Of a DNA stretch of 64,000 nucleotides, positions 9,863 to 19,876 are shown piece by piece. The stretch comes from Candidatus Zixiibacteriota bacterium. GTDB lineage: Bacteria; Zixibacteria; MSB-5A5; GN15; JAAZOE01. The position numbers were made by a program, and so were the translations under genes. Positions within the stretch are counted from its first letter, which is position 1. Each line of letters starts with the position of its first letter. Under the pieces are notes generated by a model. The model was not told the origin of the DNA. It saw only the letters and a list, made by a program, of their open reading frames with translations, and did not search any database. The DNA lies in assembly GCA_030668485.1 (NCBI GenBank), contig DAOUTW010000013.1, positions 2,902 through 66,901 of the forward strand. The letters run 5' to 3'.

Positions 9863-12004
9863 TTATTTGGTTTTTCCGTTCACCCAATCGAGCTCGGCCA
9901 TCAAATCCGATTTGGCGGTAACCGGGAGTCGGCAGGCACGATTGAAGCAGAAATAATAGGTCAATTCTTCGCTGCCCTGCCGCCCTTCGAGCAGCGGCAA
10001 ACCGGAAGTGGCGCCACTGGTGATGCCGACCACGACCTTATTGGGGATAAAGCGCGAATGAACGACGCGGTTATATTCTTTCAATTTGTCAGGTTCGTTT
10101 CCGGTGATAACGATTTCGATCGGATCGGACATATGGAAATAGCCGGCCATGATCAGGGTCGCCGAGGACTGCGGCATGCGGGCTCCCAGACCGGAAACAG
10201 CGGCCAGAGTCGCCTCTCCCCTTTCGGCAAAATATTTATCCTCGGTGACAGCCGCCAGCCGCAGCAAATTGAGAATCATGATCGAGGCGGGAGATGGTGT
10301 CGCGCCGTCAGTCAGGTCACGCGGTCTGAAAATCAGATCGGGATCATCGGCAGGCGAGGAATAGAAGGTGTCATCCGTAGAGAAAACATCCATAGACCGT
10401 TTGGCGAGGCTGATTGCGTGGTGGAGATAGGCTTCATCGAAGGAAGCCTGATACAGGTCGATCAGTCCGGCGGTGAAATAGGCGTAATCTTCGAGCAGTT
10501 CCGTTTTCAGCAGATTACCGTTGCGATAGCTGTGGTAAAGAGTTCCATTTTCGATCATATTTGAGAGGATAAAGTCGGCGGCGTTTCTGGCCGATTGCAG
10601 ATAACCATCATCGCCGGTGACCTGAGCGGCCTGGGCAAAGGCCGAGATCGCCAGACCGTTCCAGGAAGCAAGAATTTTATCATCGGTGGCCGGGGCAATA
10701 CGCTCTTTTCGTACGGTCAGAAGTTTGTTGATCGAACTTTCCAGTTTGCTGCGAAATTCTTTGTCATCGAGACCATCGCTGTCTTTGATTTTAAGCGAGT
10801 GCAACCCGAGGTTGGGGATATTATGACCCTCAAAATTACCGCCGGCGGTTATGTCGAAATAGCGGCAGAACCAGTCGGCCTCGTCACCGAGGATGCTTTC
10901 GATTTCGCTACGGGACCAGACATAGTATTTCCCTTCTTCTCCTTCACTGTCGGCATCCTGGGTGGAATAGATACCCCCACCGGGATCGGACATCTCAGAT
11001 TGCAGGTAACTGAGGATGCCGTGTACTATATTAAGGTAATACTTATCACCGCTATACTGGTAGGCTTCCAAGTACGGGATGGTCAGGAGAGCGTTGTCGT
11101 AGAGCATTTTTTCGAAATGAGGCACCAGCCATTTCTCATCGACAGAGTAACGGTGAAAACCGCCGCCGAATTGATCGTAGATACCGCCTTCAGCCATTTT
11201 CCTCATGGTAAACATGGCGGCATCGGCGTAGGATCTGTCGCCCGATAAATAAGAGGCCCGGAGCATCAATGACAGGCTGGCCGGCCGCGGGAATTTCGGT
11301 GCACCTCCGAAGCCGCCAAAGCGGCTGTCGAAACTGGAATAAAGGCTTTTGGCGGCCGAGATAATGACATTGCTGTCGATTTCGCGACCGGGGAAACTTA
11401 CGCTTGAAGATTGGGCGATATGATCGACAATAGAGTTTGCGGATTTCAGAATTTCGGCTCTTTGAGTTTTGTAACCCTCGGCCAGTTGAGTAACGACTTC
11501 TTTGAATCCTGGACGGCCATACCTCGACTCCGGCGGGAAATAAGTCCCGGCGAAAAACGGTTTTCTGTCAGGGGTCATAAAGATTGACATCGGCCACCCG
11601 CCTCCGCCGGTCATAGCCTGCACGGCCGACATATAGATCTGGTCGATATCGGGTCTTTCCTCGCGGTCGACTTTGATTGATACGAAATGTTGATTGAGGA
11701 GAGCGGCAATTTCGTCGCTTTCGAACGACTCATGCTCCATGACGTGGCACCAATGGCAGGCATTGTAGCCGATTGAGAGAAAAATCGGTTTGTCTTCGGT
11801 TCTGGCTTTATTGAACGCTTCCTCGCCCCATTCGTACCAGTCGACGGGATTATCCGCGTGGGCTTGCAGATAGGGTGAAGTAGCATTTGCCAGCCTGTTT
11901 TTATGGTGACTTTTTTTCATACTTTCATTCCTCGAGCCGGCGGCCTCTACTTTGAAAGGTACAAGCAACAAAACCACCAGAATAATTATCGAATTATAGA
12001 CCAT
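9863..12004 (-). CDS. Thioredoxin-domain / alpha-alpha barrel protein (YyaL/SSP411, DUF255 family)
   Basis: [43 protein letters not shown] motifs; ATG 12004 has SD GGAG. Confidence 0.9.
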   Translation of the reverse strand: MVYNSIIILVVLLLVPFKVEAAGSRNESMKKSHHKNRLANATSPYLQAHADNPVDWYEWGEEAFNKARTEDKPIFLSIGYNACHWCHVMEHESFESDEIAALLNQHFVSIKVDREERPDIDQIYMSAVQAMTGGGGWPMSIFMTPDRKPFFAGTYFPPESRYGRPGFKEVVTQLAEGYKTQRAEILKSANSIVDHIAQSSSVSFPGREIDSNVIISAAKSLYSSFDSRFGGFGGAPKFPRPASLSLMLRASYLSGDRSYADAAMFTMRKMAEGGIYDQFGGGFHRYSVDEKWLVPHFEKMLYDNALLTIPYLEAYQYSGDKYYLNIVHGILSYLQSEMSDPGGGIYSTQDADSEGEEGKYYVWSRSEIESILGDEADWFCRYFDITAGGNFEGHNIPNLGLHSLKIKDSDGLDDKEFRSKLESSINKLLTVRKERIAPATDDKILASWNGLAISAFAQAAQVTGDDGYLQSARNAADFILSNMIENGTLYHSYRNGNLLKTELLEDYAYFTAGLIDLYQASFDEAYLHHAISLAKRSMDVFSTDDTFYSSPADDPDLIFRPRDLTDGATPSPASIMILNLLRLAAVTEDKYFAERGEATLAAVSGLGARMPQSSATLIMAGYFHMSDPIEIVITGNEPDKLKEYNRVVHSRFIPNKVVVGITSGATSGLPLLEGRQGSEELTYYFCFNRACRLPVTAKSDLMAELDWVNGKTK

Positions 12005-12080
12005 ATTAATCTCCGTTTCATTCAATATAGTCTATAACCGATGAGAAAAGCAGAGGTTTCAATTTTTCGGGTCATATAAA

Positions 12081-12232
12081 CGGCCCCGCTTTTTGGCGGG
12101 GCCGGGCTGACAGGAGGATGTGGGAACGGCCGGAGATCCGGCCTGTCCCCGTTCTAACTACATTCCCTGTGCGGAGAGAGAAAACCTCTGGTATGATGGA
12201 GGCTTCTCACCGCTCAGGCGGGCGAACGCCCG
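12081..12232 (-). other. Four consecutive GC-rich hairpins in an intergenic region (structured RNA candidate)
   Basis: Stems at 12081-12104, 12116-12166, 12166-12218 and 12219-12232. Two of them contain G-U pairs only on the minus strand. Confidence 0.5.
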
Positions 12233-12245
12233 AATGAGTGAAGGA

Positions 12246-13313
12246 CTACCACTGCTGCTCGAGGGCAACTGCCGTGGTTTCGGAGTCGCCGTCGAAAAGA
12301 GTGGTCACCAGCCCGCCTGATTTCATGATCAGGCCGGCGTTGCTGGTTGCCGCCAACAACTTGTTTTCATATTTGATAAATCCGGTTATCACCATCCCTT
12401 CCAATTTTGACATCAGTTTAAATTCGTTTTCAAAAAAGGTTACCGGCCCACTCGCGGTACCGATCCTTACGACCCAGTCGCGGGCATCGATAGCCGTTAT
12501 CGTTTCGGACGGCAAGCCATCGGCCAGATCGAAGGGGGTCCAGCTTCCGCCGTCGTGAACATAGAAGCCGTTGTCGGTGCCGAGATAGAGGTGGTTGTGC
12601 TTGTAGTCAAGCGCGGTGACATTGTCGAAGAGAGTCGAGTCGCGCTTCAGGTAACGTTTGTGGAAACTGTTGCCCTCCCAGCGGTAGAGGCCATCACCGG
12701 CAGTTCCGACCCAGATACCGACACCATCGGAAGTGAGCCCGGAAACATTGAGATCGGCGGCCAGCTTACGGACGCCATTAGGATCGGCGACATAGAGGCC
12801 GCTGGTGGTGCCGATAAACAGGCTCAGGTTTTGCCGGTAGAGAGCGGTGACGGTTCCGTCCATGTCGATTTTGTATTCGTCCCCGGAGAGGTCATAGCCT
12901 TCCAGAGTGTAGACATTATCACCACCGACCAGGATTTTATCGCCGATGTCGATCAGGGCGGTAACCGGTGATTCGGTGGCGATGAGAAATATGCCGCCAT
13001 CGAGCAAGTTGTAGGTCAGGACGCCGTCGGCAGTGGCGCCATAAACGATATTGTCTTTGAGAACCATATCAAATACCTGATTGCTGTTGGCACCTGAAAT
13101 GAATTCGCCGGTATCTTCGGCGAGTGATGCGAACTCGGCCTCCGCCTCGGGAATTTCGACTTCGTCGTAGGTATTGTCATCAATATCATCATACATCTGC
13201 TCCGTGAATGAATCGGTTTTGCTGCTGCCGCCGGTATCCGATGAACATCCCGCAAACAGGAACAGACCTGCCGCGAAAAATACCGCTGTCGTGATAAAGA
13301 CTCTCGATTTCAT
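12246..13313 (-). CDS. Lipoprotein with beta-propeller-like repeats (two-component regulator propeller-like)
   Basis: Lipobox LFAGC; repeated IWVGT.GDGL / LYLGTDNG / LFIGTTSGL blades; SD GAGGAGG before ATG 13313. Confidence 0.7.
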   Translation of the reverse strand: MKSRVFITTAVFFAAGLFLFAGCSSDTGGSSKTDSFTEQMYDDIDDNTYDEVEIPEAEAEFASLAEDTGEFISGANSNQVFDMVLKDNIVYGATADGVLTYNLLDGGIFLIATESPVTALIDIGDKILVGGDNVYTLEGYDLSGDEYKIDMDGTVTALYRQNLSLFIGTTSGLYVADPNGVRKLAADLNVSGLTSDGVGIWVGTAGDGLYRWEGNSFHKRYLKRDSTLFDNVTALDYKHNHLYLGTDNGFYVHDGGSWTPFDLADGLPSETITAIDARDWVVRIGTASGPVTFFENEFKLMSKLEGMVITGFIKYENKLLAATSNAGLIMKSGGLVTTLFDGDSETTAVALEQQW

Positions 13314-13447
13314 GACTGCCTCCTCATTAAGGTTTGGATTGTCTTTATCAACGGTTATATCAATTATCGTGCCACAATAGTAATTCTGTGTTGTATAAAG
13401 ACTTGGTAGAGTTGCAGGAAAAACACACACGCCCTACTGTGTCATAT

Positions 13448-13476
13448 TTGACACAGTTATTAAAAAAGCGTATTAT
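13448..13476 (+). promoter_or_regulatory. sigma70 promoter of the SBP-kinase-regulator operon
   Basis: TTGACA-17 nt-TATTAT. Confidence 0.65.
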
Positions 13477-13506
13477 GGGTGTAGTTCATTTTATCTCAGA
13501 GGAAAC

Positions 13507-15180
13507 ATGAAAAGATTTTCGCTTTTGGTTTTTATCGTCGCGGTTTTCCTTACGATACCATTATTGGCGCGTCAAATCGATTCTGACATTATCCAGATCA
13601 AACTTAATCGAATCTATTTCGCATCGGGGAGCGAGAACGGAGTCCAGACCGGGGCATCGTTTAAGGTGGTTTGTTATGGCGATGAAGTTATTTCAGGGAC
13701 GATTGAGTATGCCGGTCCCGGCATTTCATTCAGCCGACCGTTGGCCGAACTTGACACTCTTGAGTTGGATGACGGATGCATCGCCAGACTGACTACATCC
13801 GGCATAGATTCCACCGCTTATGTTACTATCGGAACCGATATCCCGATTGAGTTTTTTGATCCCGAGCATGAGACTTTGTTTATCCGCCGGGCCGACACCG
13901 TAATTCCCAACCTGGTTGACTCGGCTCGTTTTTCAGGTAATTCGCTGATTCTTTATTTGCCACATGATATCAGATTTTCGGACGGGACGCCGTACAATGC
14001 TGAAGTGCTGGCATTCTACCTGCAGGATATCAAAGAGAAAAGCCGGTCATATCTGTCGCGCTACTTTTTTTCAAGACTGCTTCCGATCGATGCCGGGGGA
14101 ATTGAAATCATCGATAGTCTTACGGTCCACCTCAATTTTTATCATCCCTTCCCTCGGGCCGAGTATTTTTTGAGTCATCCCGATTTTTCCGTTTATAATC
14201 GATCGGGAGCCGGGACCGGTGTCTTAGCCAATGATTCCCTGACAAAAAGTAGTATCGGGAAGCGAGTATTCGTTCCTAACGGACATTATCGAGGGGAACC
14301 GCCGGCGTTTTCCAAGATGATAGTCCGATATTACGAGCAGCAGTACCGATTGAAATTTGCATATGAGAATCAGCAAATTGACGGTTTTATAGGTTTCGGA
14401 TTCGAGGCTGACCTGGCCGGATCGTATGAAGCGAGGGCCCTTTATCCGGAAATCGCGGTGATGATCGCGGGCATCGGCGGGAAACTTTTTTCGCAGGCTC
14501 GGTTTCCGACCTTTCTATACTATTGCTTTAACCCGTCGCTGTCACATTTGTACTTCCAGTATGGCGAAACGTCTGAGGTTAATCGTTGGGTTATGTCTTC
14601 GGCGACAGATCCGAATAGTAATCGTTTTTATCCTTTCGACTTTCTGGCGGGACGAAGACTTCATTCCTCAATCCGCTCGACTACCGATACCGCTCACCTG
14701 GTATACAGCCAGGTTTTGCTTTATGAAACAGCCCGTTACCTGGCCGATGTTGTCGCCCGTGAAGGAATGACAGCGCCGGTAAACAGGCAGGGATTCGGTG
14801 GAGAGTATGATATCCAACTGGCCTTTTTGCCAGCATCCGACAATATTATGCCGTTCGCTCTTTATGCCGCCGTCCTTGAATTCAACGACCAGAACGGAAT
14901 GCTGCCGGTAGATGAAAGATTCGATCGGCCGGGGTGGCAGGCTATGGCTTCCGGTTCGAGCCTCAGGGAGATTAAAAACCGCAATAATTTCTTTATCCGG
15001 GCCGAGGAAACGGTGGTACAGGATGGAGGTTTTTTTCCACTGTTTCGTCCCTATATTTATGCTGTGAGTTATGATAATGTTAAAGGATTGGATTTCGATT
15101 TTTACGGCTATCCGGATCTGGAAAAAATCGTGAAGTTTTCGGCCAGGTCTCAAGATGCCGGTGCGGAGGGCGGACCGTGA
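13507..15180 (+). CDS. Exported protein with family-5 solute-binding-protein-like region
   Basis: Signal peptide; LYLPHDIRFSDGTPYNAEVL motif typical of SBP_bac_5; stop overlaps the kinase start (GTGA). Confidence 0.55.
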   Translation: MKRFSLLVFIVAVFLTIPLLARQIDSDIIQIKLNRIYFASGSENGVQTGASFKVVCYGDEVISGTIEYAGPGISFSRPLAELDTLELDDGCIARLTTSGIDSTAYVTIGTDIPIEFFDPEHETLFIRRADTVIPNLVDSARFSGNSLILYLPHDIRFSDGTPYNAEVLAFYLQDIKEKSRSYLSRYFFSRLLPIDAGGIEIIDSLTVHLNFYHPFPRAEYFLSHPDFSVYNRSGAGTGVLANDSLTKSSIGKRVFVPNGHYRGEPPAFSKMIVRYYEQQYRLKFAYENQQIDGFIGFGFEADLAGSYEARALYPEIAVMIAGIGGKLFSQARFPTFLYYCFNPSLSHLYFQYGETSEVNRWVMSSATDPNSNRFYPFDFLAGRRLHSSIRSTTDTAHLVYSQVLLYETARYLADVVAREGMTAPVNRQGFGGEYDIQLAFLPASDNIMPFALYAAVLEFNDQNGMLPVDERFDRPGWQAMASGSSLREIKNRNNFFIRAEETVVQDGGFFPLFRPYIYAVSYDNVKGLDFDFYGYPDLEKIVKFSARSQDAGAEGGP

Positions 15181-16832
15181 CTTTCACCGGACGATTGCGT
15201 TTGACCCTGATACTGGCGGCGATATTTCCGACCGCTCTGATATCGATTATAGTCGTGATCGGTTTATCGCAACAAGTCAAGCGTATCGAAAACCGGGATG
15301 CGGAGGCGGCCTGTCTGAGATTTGCGGAATTGCTTGACAACACCTCCGCTCGCGCAAAGACAAATCTGCAATTTATTATTGACGGCCGTGAATTCCAGGT
15401 TATGGAATGGGGGCTGGACACCGACAAACCGCCTGATCCGAAATACCGGCTGCCCCTGTTATCGCTTGATTTTGTTGAATATCTGGATTCCGGCGGAATT
15501 GTCATGATATCGGCCGACCGACCGGGGCTGGTCGGGCATAAGATCGAGCTACCGCTGAGGAAAGAGCAAGTGTCTCGGAATGACCTGGTTTATGAGAACG
15601 ATCTGCACGGTTCGCATCCATCGCTGGCGATTATCATGCCGACCGAAAAAGGATATGTCAGAGGCGGTTTCTTCCTCGACGGTATATTCGGTAGTTTGGC
15701 GACGGCAGTCACCCGGTCTTCACTTGATTTCATAGATATCAGAGGAAAAGGCAGCGAGGCAGCGACATTCGAGTTGGCCGGCGAGGTCGGTGTGCCATAT
15801 CGCTCGGAGGAGAAGCTTTGCGCCGTGTTGACTTATTACCCCTGGAGTGAGTTTTACCCGATAGCACGGTTTCTGCCATATGAGCAGCAATCGTTGTTTG
15901 CTGACTTTTTTACGGCGGTAGCGGTGGTGACGATATTTTCGCTGGCTCTGATTATCCCGATCGGGCTCTATTTTTCGGCGCGGACGCGGCGGGAATTCGA
16001 GACCCTGAGCGGCGGCGCTGTGCGGGTCGCATCCGGTGATTTTTCACGCCCGGTGGTCATTACGAGCGAGGGAGAGTTTTCCGACCTTGCCGAATCGTTC
16101 AATCGGATGATGAAGCAATTGACCGATTATCGGAAAAAGTTGATCGTGTCGCAAAAAGTTGCAGCCTGGCAGACTATCGGCCGCAAGATCGCTCATGAGG
16201 TCAAAAATCCTCTTACACCGATCAGCATCGCCGTCGATGATCTCCGGAAAAGCTATCACGATTACCCGGATGAATATGAGAATATTCTGAATGACTGTGC
16301 GGCCACAATCAAAGGCGAGGTTGCTCGTCTTAAAAAACTAATCGATCAATTTTCGACTTTCGCTAAAATGCCTCCCCCCGAAATAACGGCGATCCCTGCT
16401 TCCGCTTTCATTCAGGATATTTCGGTGCTGTATAAGGAGGAGGTATCCGAGGGCCGACTGACCATCGAGAATAATCTCGATGATGCCTCTCTGAGGCTGG
16501 ATACTGAGCAGATGCGGCAGGTAATTATCAATCTGATTAAGAACAGTCTGGAGGCCGAATGCGAGCAATGCATTTTTCGGTTGGACAGATCCGACGATCG
16601 GATCAGATTGACGGTGGAGGACGATGGTCCCGGTTTGCCGGAAAAGATTTTGAATGAAGGACCGACTCCATATTATTCGACCAAAGAGAACGGCAGCGGA
16701 CTCGGTTTGATCATCTGCCAGCGAATCGTCTTTGACCACGGGGGCATGGTTAACATCGAAAACAAACCTGAAGGAGGGGCACGGGTGGTTATTACCCTGC
16801 CGGAAACAGATGACCAGAATATTAATCGTTGA
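15177..16832 (+). CDS. Membrane sensor histidine kinase with HAMP (NtrY-like)
   Basis: Two TM helices, HAMP, IAHEVKNPLTPI H-box, NLIKNS N-box, DDGPG and GSGLGL G-boxes. Confidence 0.9.
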   Translation: MTFTGRLRLTLILAAIFPTALISIIVVIGLSQQVKRIENRDAEAACLRFAELLDNTSARAKTNLQFIIDGREFQVMEWGLDTDKPPDPKYRLPLLSLDFVEYLDSGGIVMISADRPGLVGHKIELPLRKEQVSRNDLVYENDLHGSHPSLAIIMPTEKGYVRGGFFLDGIFGSLATAVTRSSLDFIDIRGKGSEAATFELAGEVGVPYRSEEKLCAVLTYYPWSEFYPIARFLPYEQQSLFADFFTAVAVVTIFSLALIIPIGLYFSARTRREFETLSGGAVRVASGDFSRPVVITSEGEFSDLAESFNRMMKQLTDYRKKLIVSQKVAAWQTIGRKIAHEVKNPLTPISIAVDDLRKSYHDYPDEYENILNDCAATIKGEVARLKKLIDQFSTFAKMPPPEITAIPASAFIQDISVLYKEEVSEGRLTIENNLDDASLRLDTEQMRQVIINLIKNSLEAECEQCIFRLDRSDDRIRLTVEDDGPGLPEKILNEGPTPYYSTKENGSGLGLIICQRIVFDHGGMVNIENKPEGGARVVITLPETDDQNINR

Positions 16833-18129
16833 CGATGAGCGGGAAATACGGAGCACTTTATCGGCGGCGCTCGGACGCCGGGGTTATAAGACCGATACCG
16901 CGATCAATATCGCGGCGGCGCAGGATAAGCCACTCGGCAAATACGACCTGGTACTTCTCGACGTGATGCTCCCCGATGGTAGCGGGCTGGATCTTCTACC
17001 GCATATCATGTCCGAGCCTGATCATCCTCCGGTGGTCATGATGTCGGGGGTGGCCGGGATTGAAACAGCGGTGGAATCGATTCACCGGGGAGCGGTGGAC
17101 TTTTTGGAAAAACCGTTGTCGCTCGACCGGGTGCTGGTCACTATAGAAAACGCCCTGAAGGCGGAAACGCTCAGAGCAGAAAACCTCTCTTTGTCGAAAA
17201 TGATTTATGGATCCTTCATTGGCGATTCGAATCATATTAAAAGAATAAAAAAGGAAATCGAGGCCACTGCCCCACGCTCGACGCGATTTCTGATTCTCGG
17301 AGAAAACGGCACCGGCAAGGAACTGGTGGCGCGCATGATTCATGAGCGAAGCCGTTTCGCCGAAGGGCGTTTTGTGCCGGTCAACTGCGCCGCCCTGCCG
17401 TCGGAGTTGATCGAATCGGAACTGTTCGGTCATATCAAGGGATCATTTACGGGCGCGGTAAGTGATAAAACCGGGCGATTTGCCGAGGCCGACCGGGGTA
17501 CTATCTTTCTCGATGAAATCGCCGATATGCAAGCAGAGGCTCAGGCGAAGATTTTGCGGGTTATCGAAGGTGGGGAATTACGCCCGGTAGGTTCGAGTGA
17601 AACAACACAGGTCGAATTGAATGTGATTGCCGCTACCAATCGTAATATCCTAAAACTGGTCGATGACGGTTCCTTCCGTCAGGACCTGTTTTACCGGCTC
17701 AATGTAGTGACTTTTAACCTCCCTCCCCTTCGGGAGCGGCCCGATGATATCCCTGCGCTCTACCAACATTTCCTCGAATTCTTCGCCCACCAAAGCGGAC
17801 GAGTTGCCGCAGTAGTGACGCCCGATGCGATGGAGTTGTTGACCCGCTATCATTATCCCGGAAATGTCCGGGAGTTGAAAAATATCGCGGAGCGTATTTC
17901 GATTTATGTCGATCATAAGGAGGCCTCGATAACCGATATCAGGCCGCTTCTGCCCCGTTTCGGCGACGAACCTGTTTTGGCCTTGAAAGAAGCAGTCGAC
18001 GAATTCGAAGCCGGTTATATCAGGAGGGTGATTGGCGCCTGCGGTGGTAACATGGCCGAGGCGTCCCGCAAACTCGGCTTGGAGCGTTCGCATCTTTATA
18101 AGAAAATAAAAAAACTGAACGGCGACTGA
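16810..18129 (+). CDS. sigma54-dependent response regulator (NtrX/NtrC-like)
   Basis: Receiver domain (ILIVDDE, LLDVMLP), GENGTGKEL, ESELFGH, FLDEIAD, C-terminal Fis HTH; true start ATG 16810. Confidence 0.92.
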   Translation: MTRILIVDDEREIRSTLSAALGRRGYKTDTAINIAAAQDKPLGKYDLVLLDVMLPDGSGLDLLPHIMSEPDHPPVVMMSGVAGIETAVESIHRGAVDFLEKPLSLDRVLVTIENALKAETLRAENLSLSKMIYGSFIGDSNHIKRIKKEIEATAPRSTRFLILGENGTGKELVARMIHERSRFAEGRFVPVNCAALPSELIESELFGHIKGSFTGAVSDKTGRFAEADRGTIFLDEIADMQAEAQAKILRVIEGGELRPVGSSETTQVELNVIAATNRNILKLVDDGSFRQDLFYRLNVVTFNLPPLRERPDDIPALYQHFLEFFAHQSGRVAAVVTPDAMELLTRYHYPGNVRELKNIAERISIYVDHKEASITDIRPLLPRFGDEPVLALKEAVDEFEAGYIRRVIGACGGNMAEASRKLGLERSHLYKKIKKLNGD

Positions 18130-18180
18130 TGAGTTTCGCCGAGACCGGAGATATTTACTCTCATATCATAATAATACTTG

Positions 18181-18209
18181 TTGCATAAAAAGGCGTCAAT
18201 GTCTATATT
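18181..18209 (+). promoter_or_regulatory. sigma70 promoter, exosortase locus unit 1
   Basis: TTGCAT-17 nt-TATATT; the same hexamer pair recurs at 23326-23354. Confidence 0.55.
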
Positions 18210-18307
18210 TGTTCCATAATACAATAGCCCGGGGGGATTGATCGGGCCATTTAATCGATTGTGTTACCATCTTTGAGTCTTCATCTATCATCTTATTTCC
18301 TCCCAAT

Positions 18308-18359
18308 ATCGTGATTGATCGACATCCTTGAGATTTACAACACGGTATCAATCATCGAT
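18308..18359 (+). promoter_or_regulatory. Leader motif copy 1: hairpin whose loop starts CGACATCCTTGA
   Basis: TTGATCGACATCCTTGA at 18315-18331; stem TGATTGAT 18312-18319 / ATCAATCA 18347-18354, extendable. Confidence 0.5.
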
Positions 18360-18462
18360 CTGCTCTTTCTCGGGGTGATATTTATTTTTGTACTCCGTTA
18401 AGATTTGGCGGTCGTGATATAGGCCTTGAGGTCTAAGCGGCTGCATTTCGAAAAGGTAGCTG

Positions 18463-19155
18463 ATGTCTCGTCGATATCACAAATCTCAAAGTGTTTCTGC
18501 AATTGATCGGGGTACTCATTCTATTCTTTTAATAATCCTGATGATTTCGAGCGGTTGGGGTATGGCTGCCGCATCCGGGACAACTTCTCTTTCATGGCTG
18601 GCGTGGATCGGTCTTATCCCGATATTTATTGCCATCAGGTCGTCTGTTCCCAGGGTGGCGTTTCTATACGGCGCTTTGTGGGGTGTCAGCCATTACTTCT
18701 TTTCGATGGCATCCGATGCCGCCACATTAATGGTAGCGATCTACTCGATCGGGCTGCTGACCACCGTTCCGGCGCTATACGCCTATCTCGGGGCGCGACT
18801 GACTCGCCGCTTTGGTTATCTGCCTCTGGTACTGGCCGTGGGTTGGATCTTAGTCGAGTTGGCCTTGCAACCGGTGGCGATGCAGAACGGTTTGCTGGCA
18901 AACTGCGTGAACAACGGCAGCCTTCTGAGCATTGTCGGCGGCGCTCTGGGTTATGTCTTTGTCGCCTTCTTTATAGTATATGTCAATGCGCAATTGATTT
19001 CGCTGGTCGGTAAAATCAATTTCATAGTTTCCCGCTTTTTTCTTTTGCCGATTATCGGAAAACAATGCGGGTTGATTGAAAATAAAAACCTGGCTTTACT
19101 TTCCGAATCACCTTTCAGTTATTCTCGTCCTCGTGCTCCTCCTCAAGTTATCTGA
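18463..19155 (+). CDS. Lnt N-terminal-domain-like membrane protein with C-terminal RAPP motif (putative arrest-peptide leader 1)
   Basis: WLAWIGLIP...AFLYGALWG...LAVGWILVEL...GYVFVAF..VN follows the Lnt membrane domain pattern; no nitrilase domain; ends SRPRAPPQVI. Confidence 0.75.
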   Translation: MSRRYHKSQSVSAIDRGTHSILLIILMISSGWGMAAASGTTSLSWLAWIGLIPIFIAIRSSVPRVAFLYGALWGVSHYFFSMASDAATLMVAIYSIGLLTTVPALYAYLGARLTRRFGYLPLVLAVGWILVELALQPVAMQNGLLANCVNNGSLLSIVGGALGYVFVAFFIVYVNAQLISLVGKINFIVSRFFLLPIIGKQCGLIENKNLALLSESPFSYSRPRAPPQVI

Positions 19156-19162
19156 TGCTCCT

Positions 19163-19181
19163 TGCCGCCATAACGGCGGCA
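19163..19181 (+). other. 7-bp GC hairpin just after leader-1 stop (no U-tract)
   Basis: TGCCGCC-ATAAC-GGCGGCA. Confidence 0.6.
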
Positions 19182-19252
19182 CAAACATCAAATAACGCAA
19201 GAATTATCAAATTATAACACCTCTGTTGTAATAACAGACGAGGAGGAATACT

Positions 19253-19678
19253 ATGTCTAAGAAAATGTTGTTTGTCGCGTTTATCACCTTGGGATTGATG
19301 GCCATGAATATTCCCGCTCTGGGTGCCAATGTTACAGGAAAAGTCATAGGGCGTGGCGAAGTAGGTATCCAAGGTGTGACTATTACGGTGGCCGGTACCG
19401 GGGCATGCGATGCGTATTCGACGACGACCAATTCCCTTGGCGAATTCATTATCGACTGCGACTGCGAGGCAGCAGGAAGTATAACCGCCAGCTTTTCGAT
19501 GGCGGGATACGCGCAGGCAGTGGCAACATACGATTGCGACATCCCTGAGAGTGATGTGATTATCATAATGCCGGATATCGGAGTTCCCTCAATGACCACT
19601 TATGGGGCCATTGTGCTGGTTTTACTTCTTGCCGCGACCGGTGTCTATATGTATCGTCGCCGCCGTGTGACGGCCTAA
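19253..19678 (+). CDS. IPTL-CTERM-type surface protein with carboxypeptidase-regulatory-like domain
   Basis: Signal peptide; VTGKV...GIQGVTITV...TTTNSLGEF; C-terminus VPSMTTYGAIVLVLLLAATGVYMYRRRR; SD AGGAGG. Confidence 0.85.
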   Translation: MSKKMLFVAFITLGLMAMNIPALGANVTGKVIGRGEVGIQGVTITVAGTGACDAYSTTTNSLGEFIIDCDCEAAGSITASFSMAGYAQAVATYDCDIPESDVIIIMPDIGVPSMTTYGAIVLVLLLAATGVYMYRRRRVTA

Positions 19679-19704
19679 GAGAAGTGTTTAACTGCAGTAT
19701 TGCG

Positions 19705-19731
19705 GGGCCGGAAGCAAGACTCTTCCGGCCC
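19705..19731 (+). terminator. Terminator ending unit 1
   Basis: GGGCCGGAAG/CTTCCGGCCC perfect 10-bp stem, weak U tail. Confidence 0.6.
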
Positions 19732-19876
19732 TGTTAATAGTAATAAAGTGCTTGTAAAAAATAGAATTGACTATATATTAGTTCTAAGGCAACCATATTA
19801 AATCAACCGGGCATAGATATTTAAGAATTTCTTTTTTTGGGTTTGCACGTCAAAAATTAAATCACATCACCCCACC

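Noticed and set aside
12170-12246. Glycine-riboswitch-like words on the plus strand (GGAGAGA...ACCG...CTCAGG...AAGGAC)
   Set aside because: The CCGAAG/P3 core is missing, no plus-strand gene lies downstream, and G-U pairing favours the minus strand.
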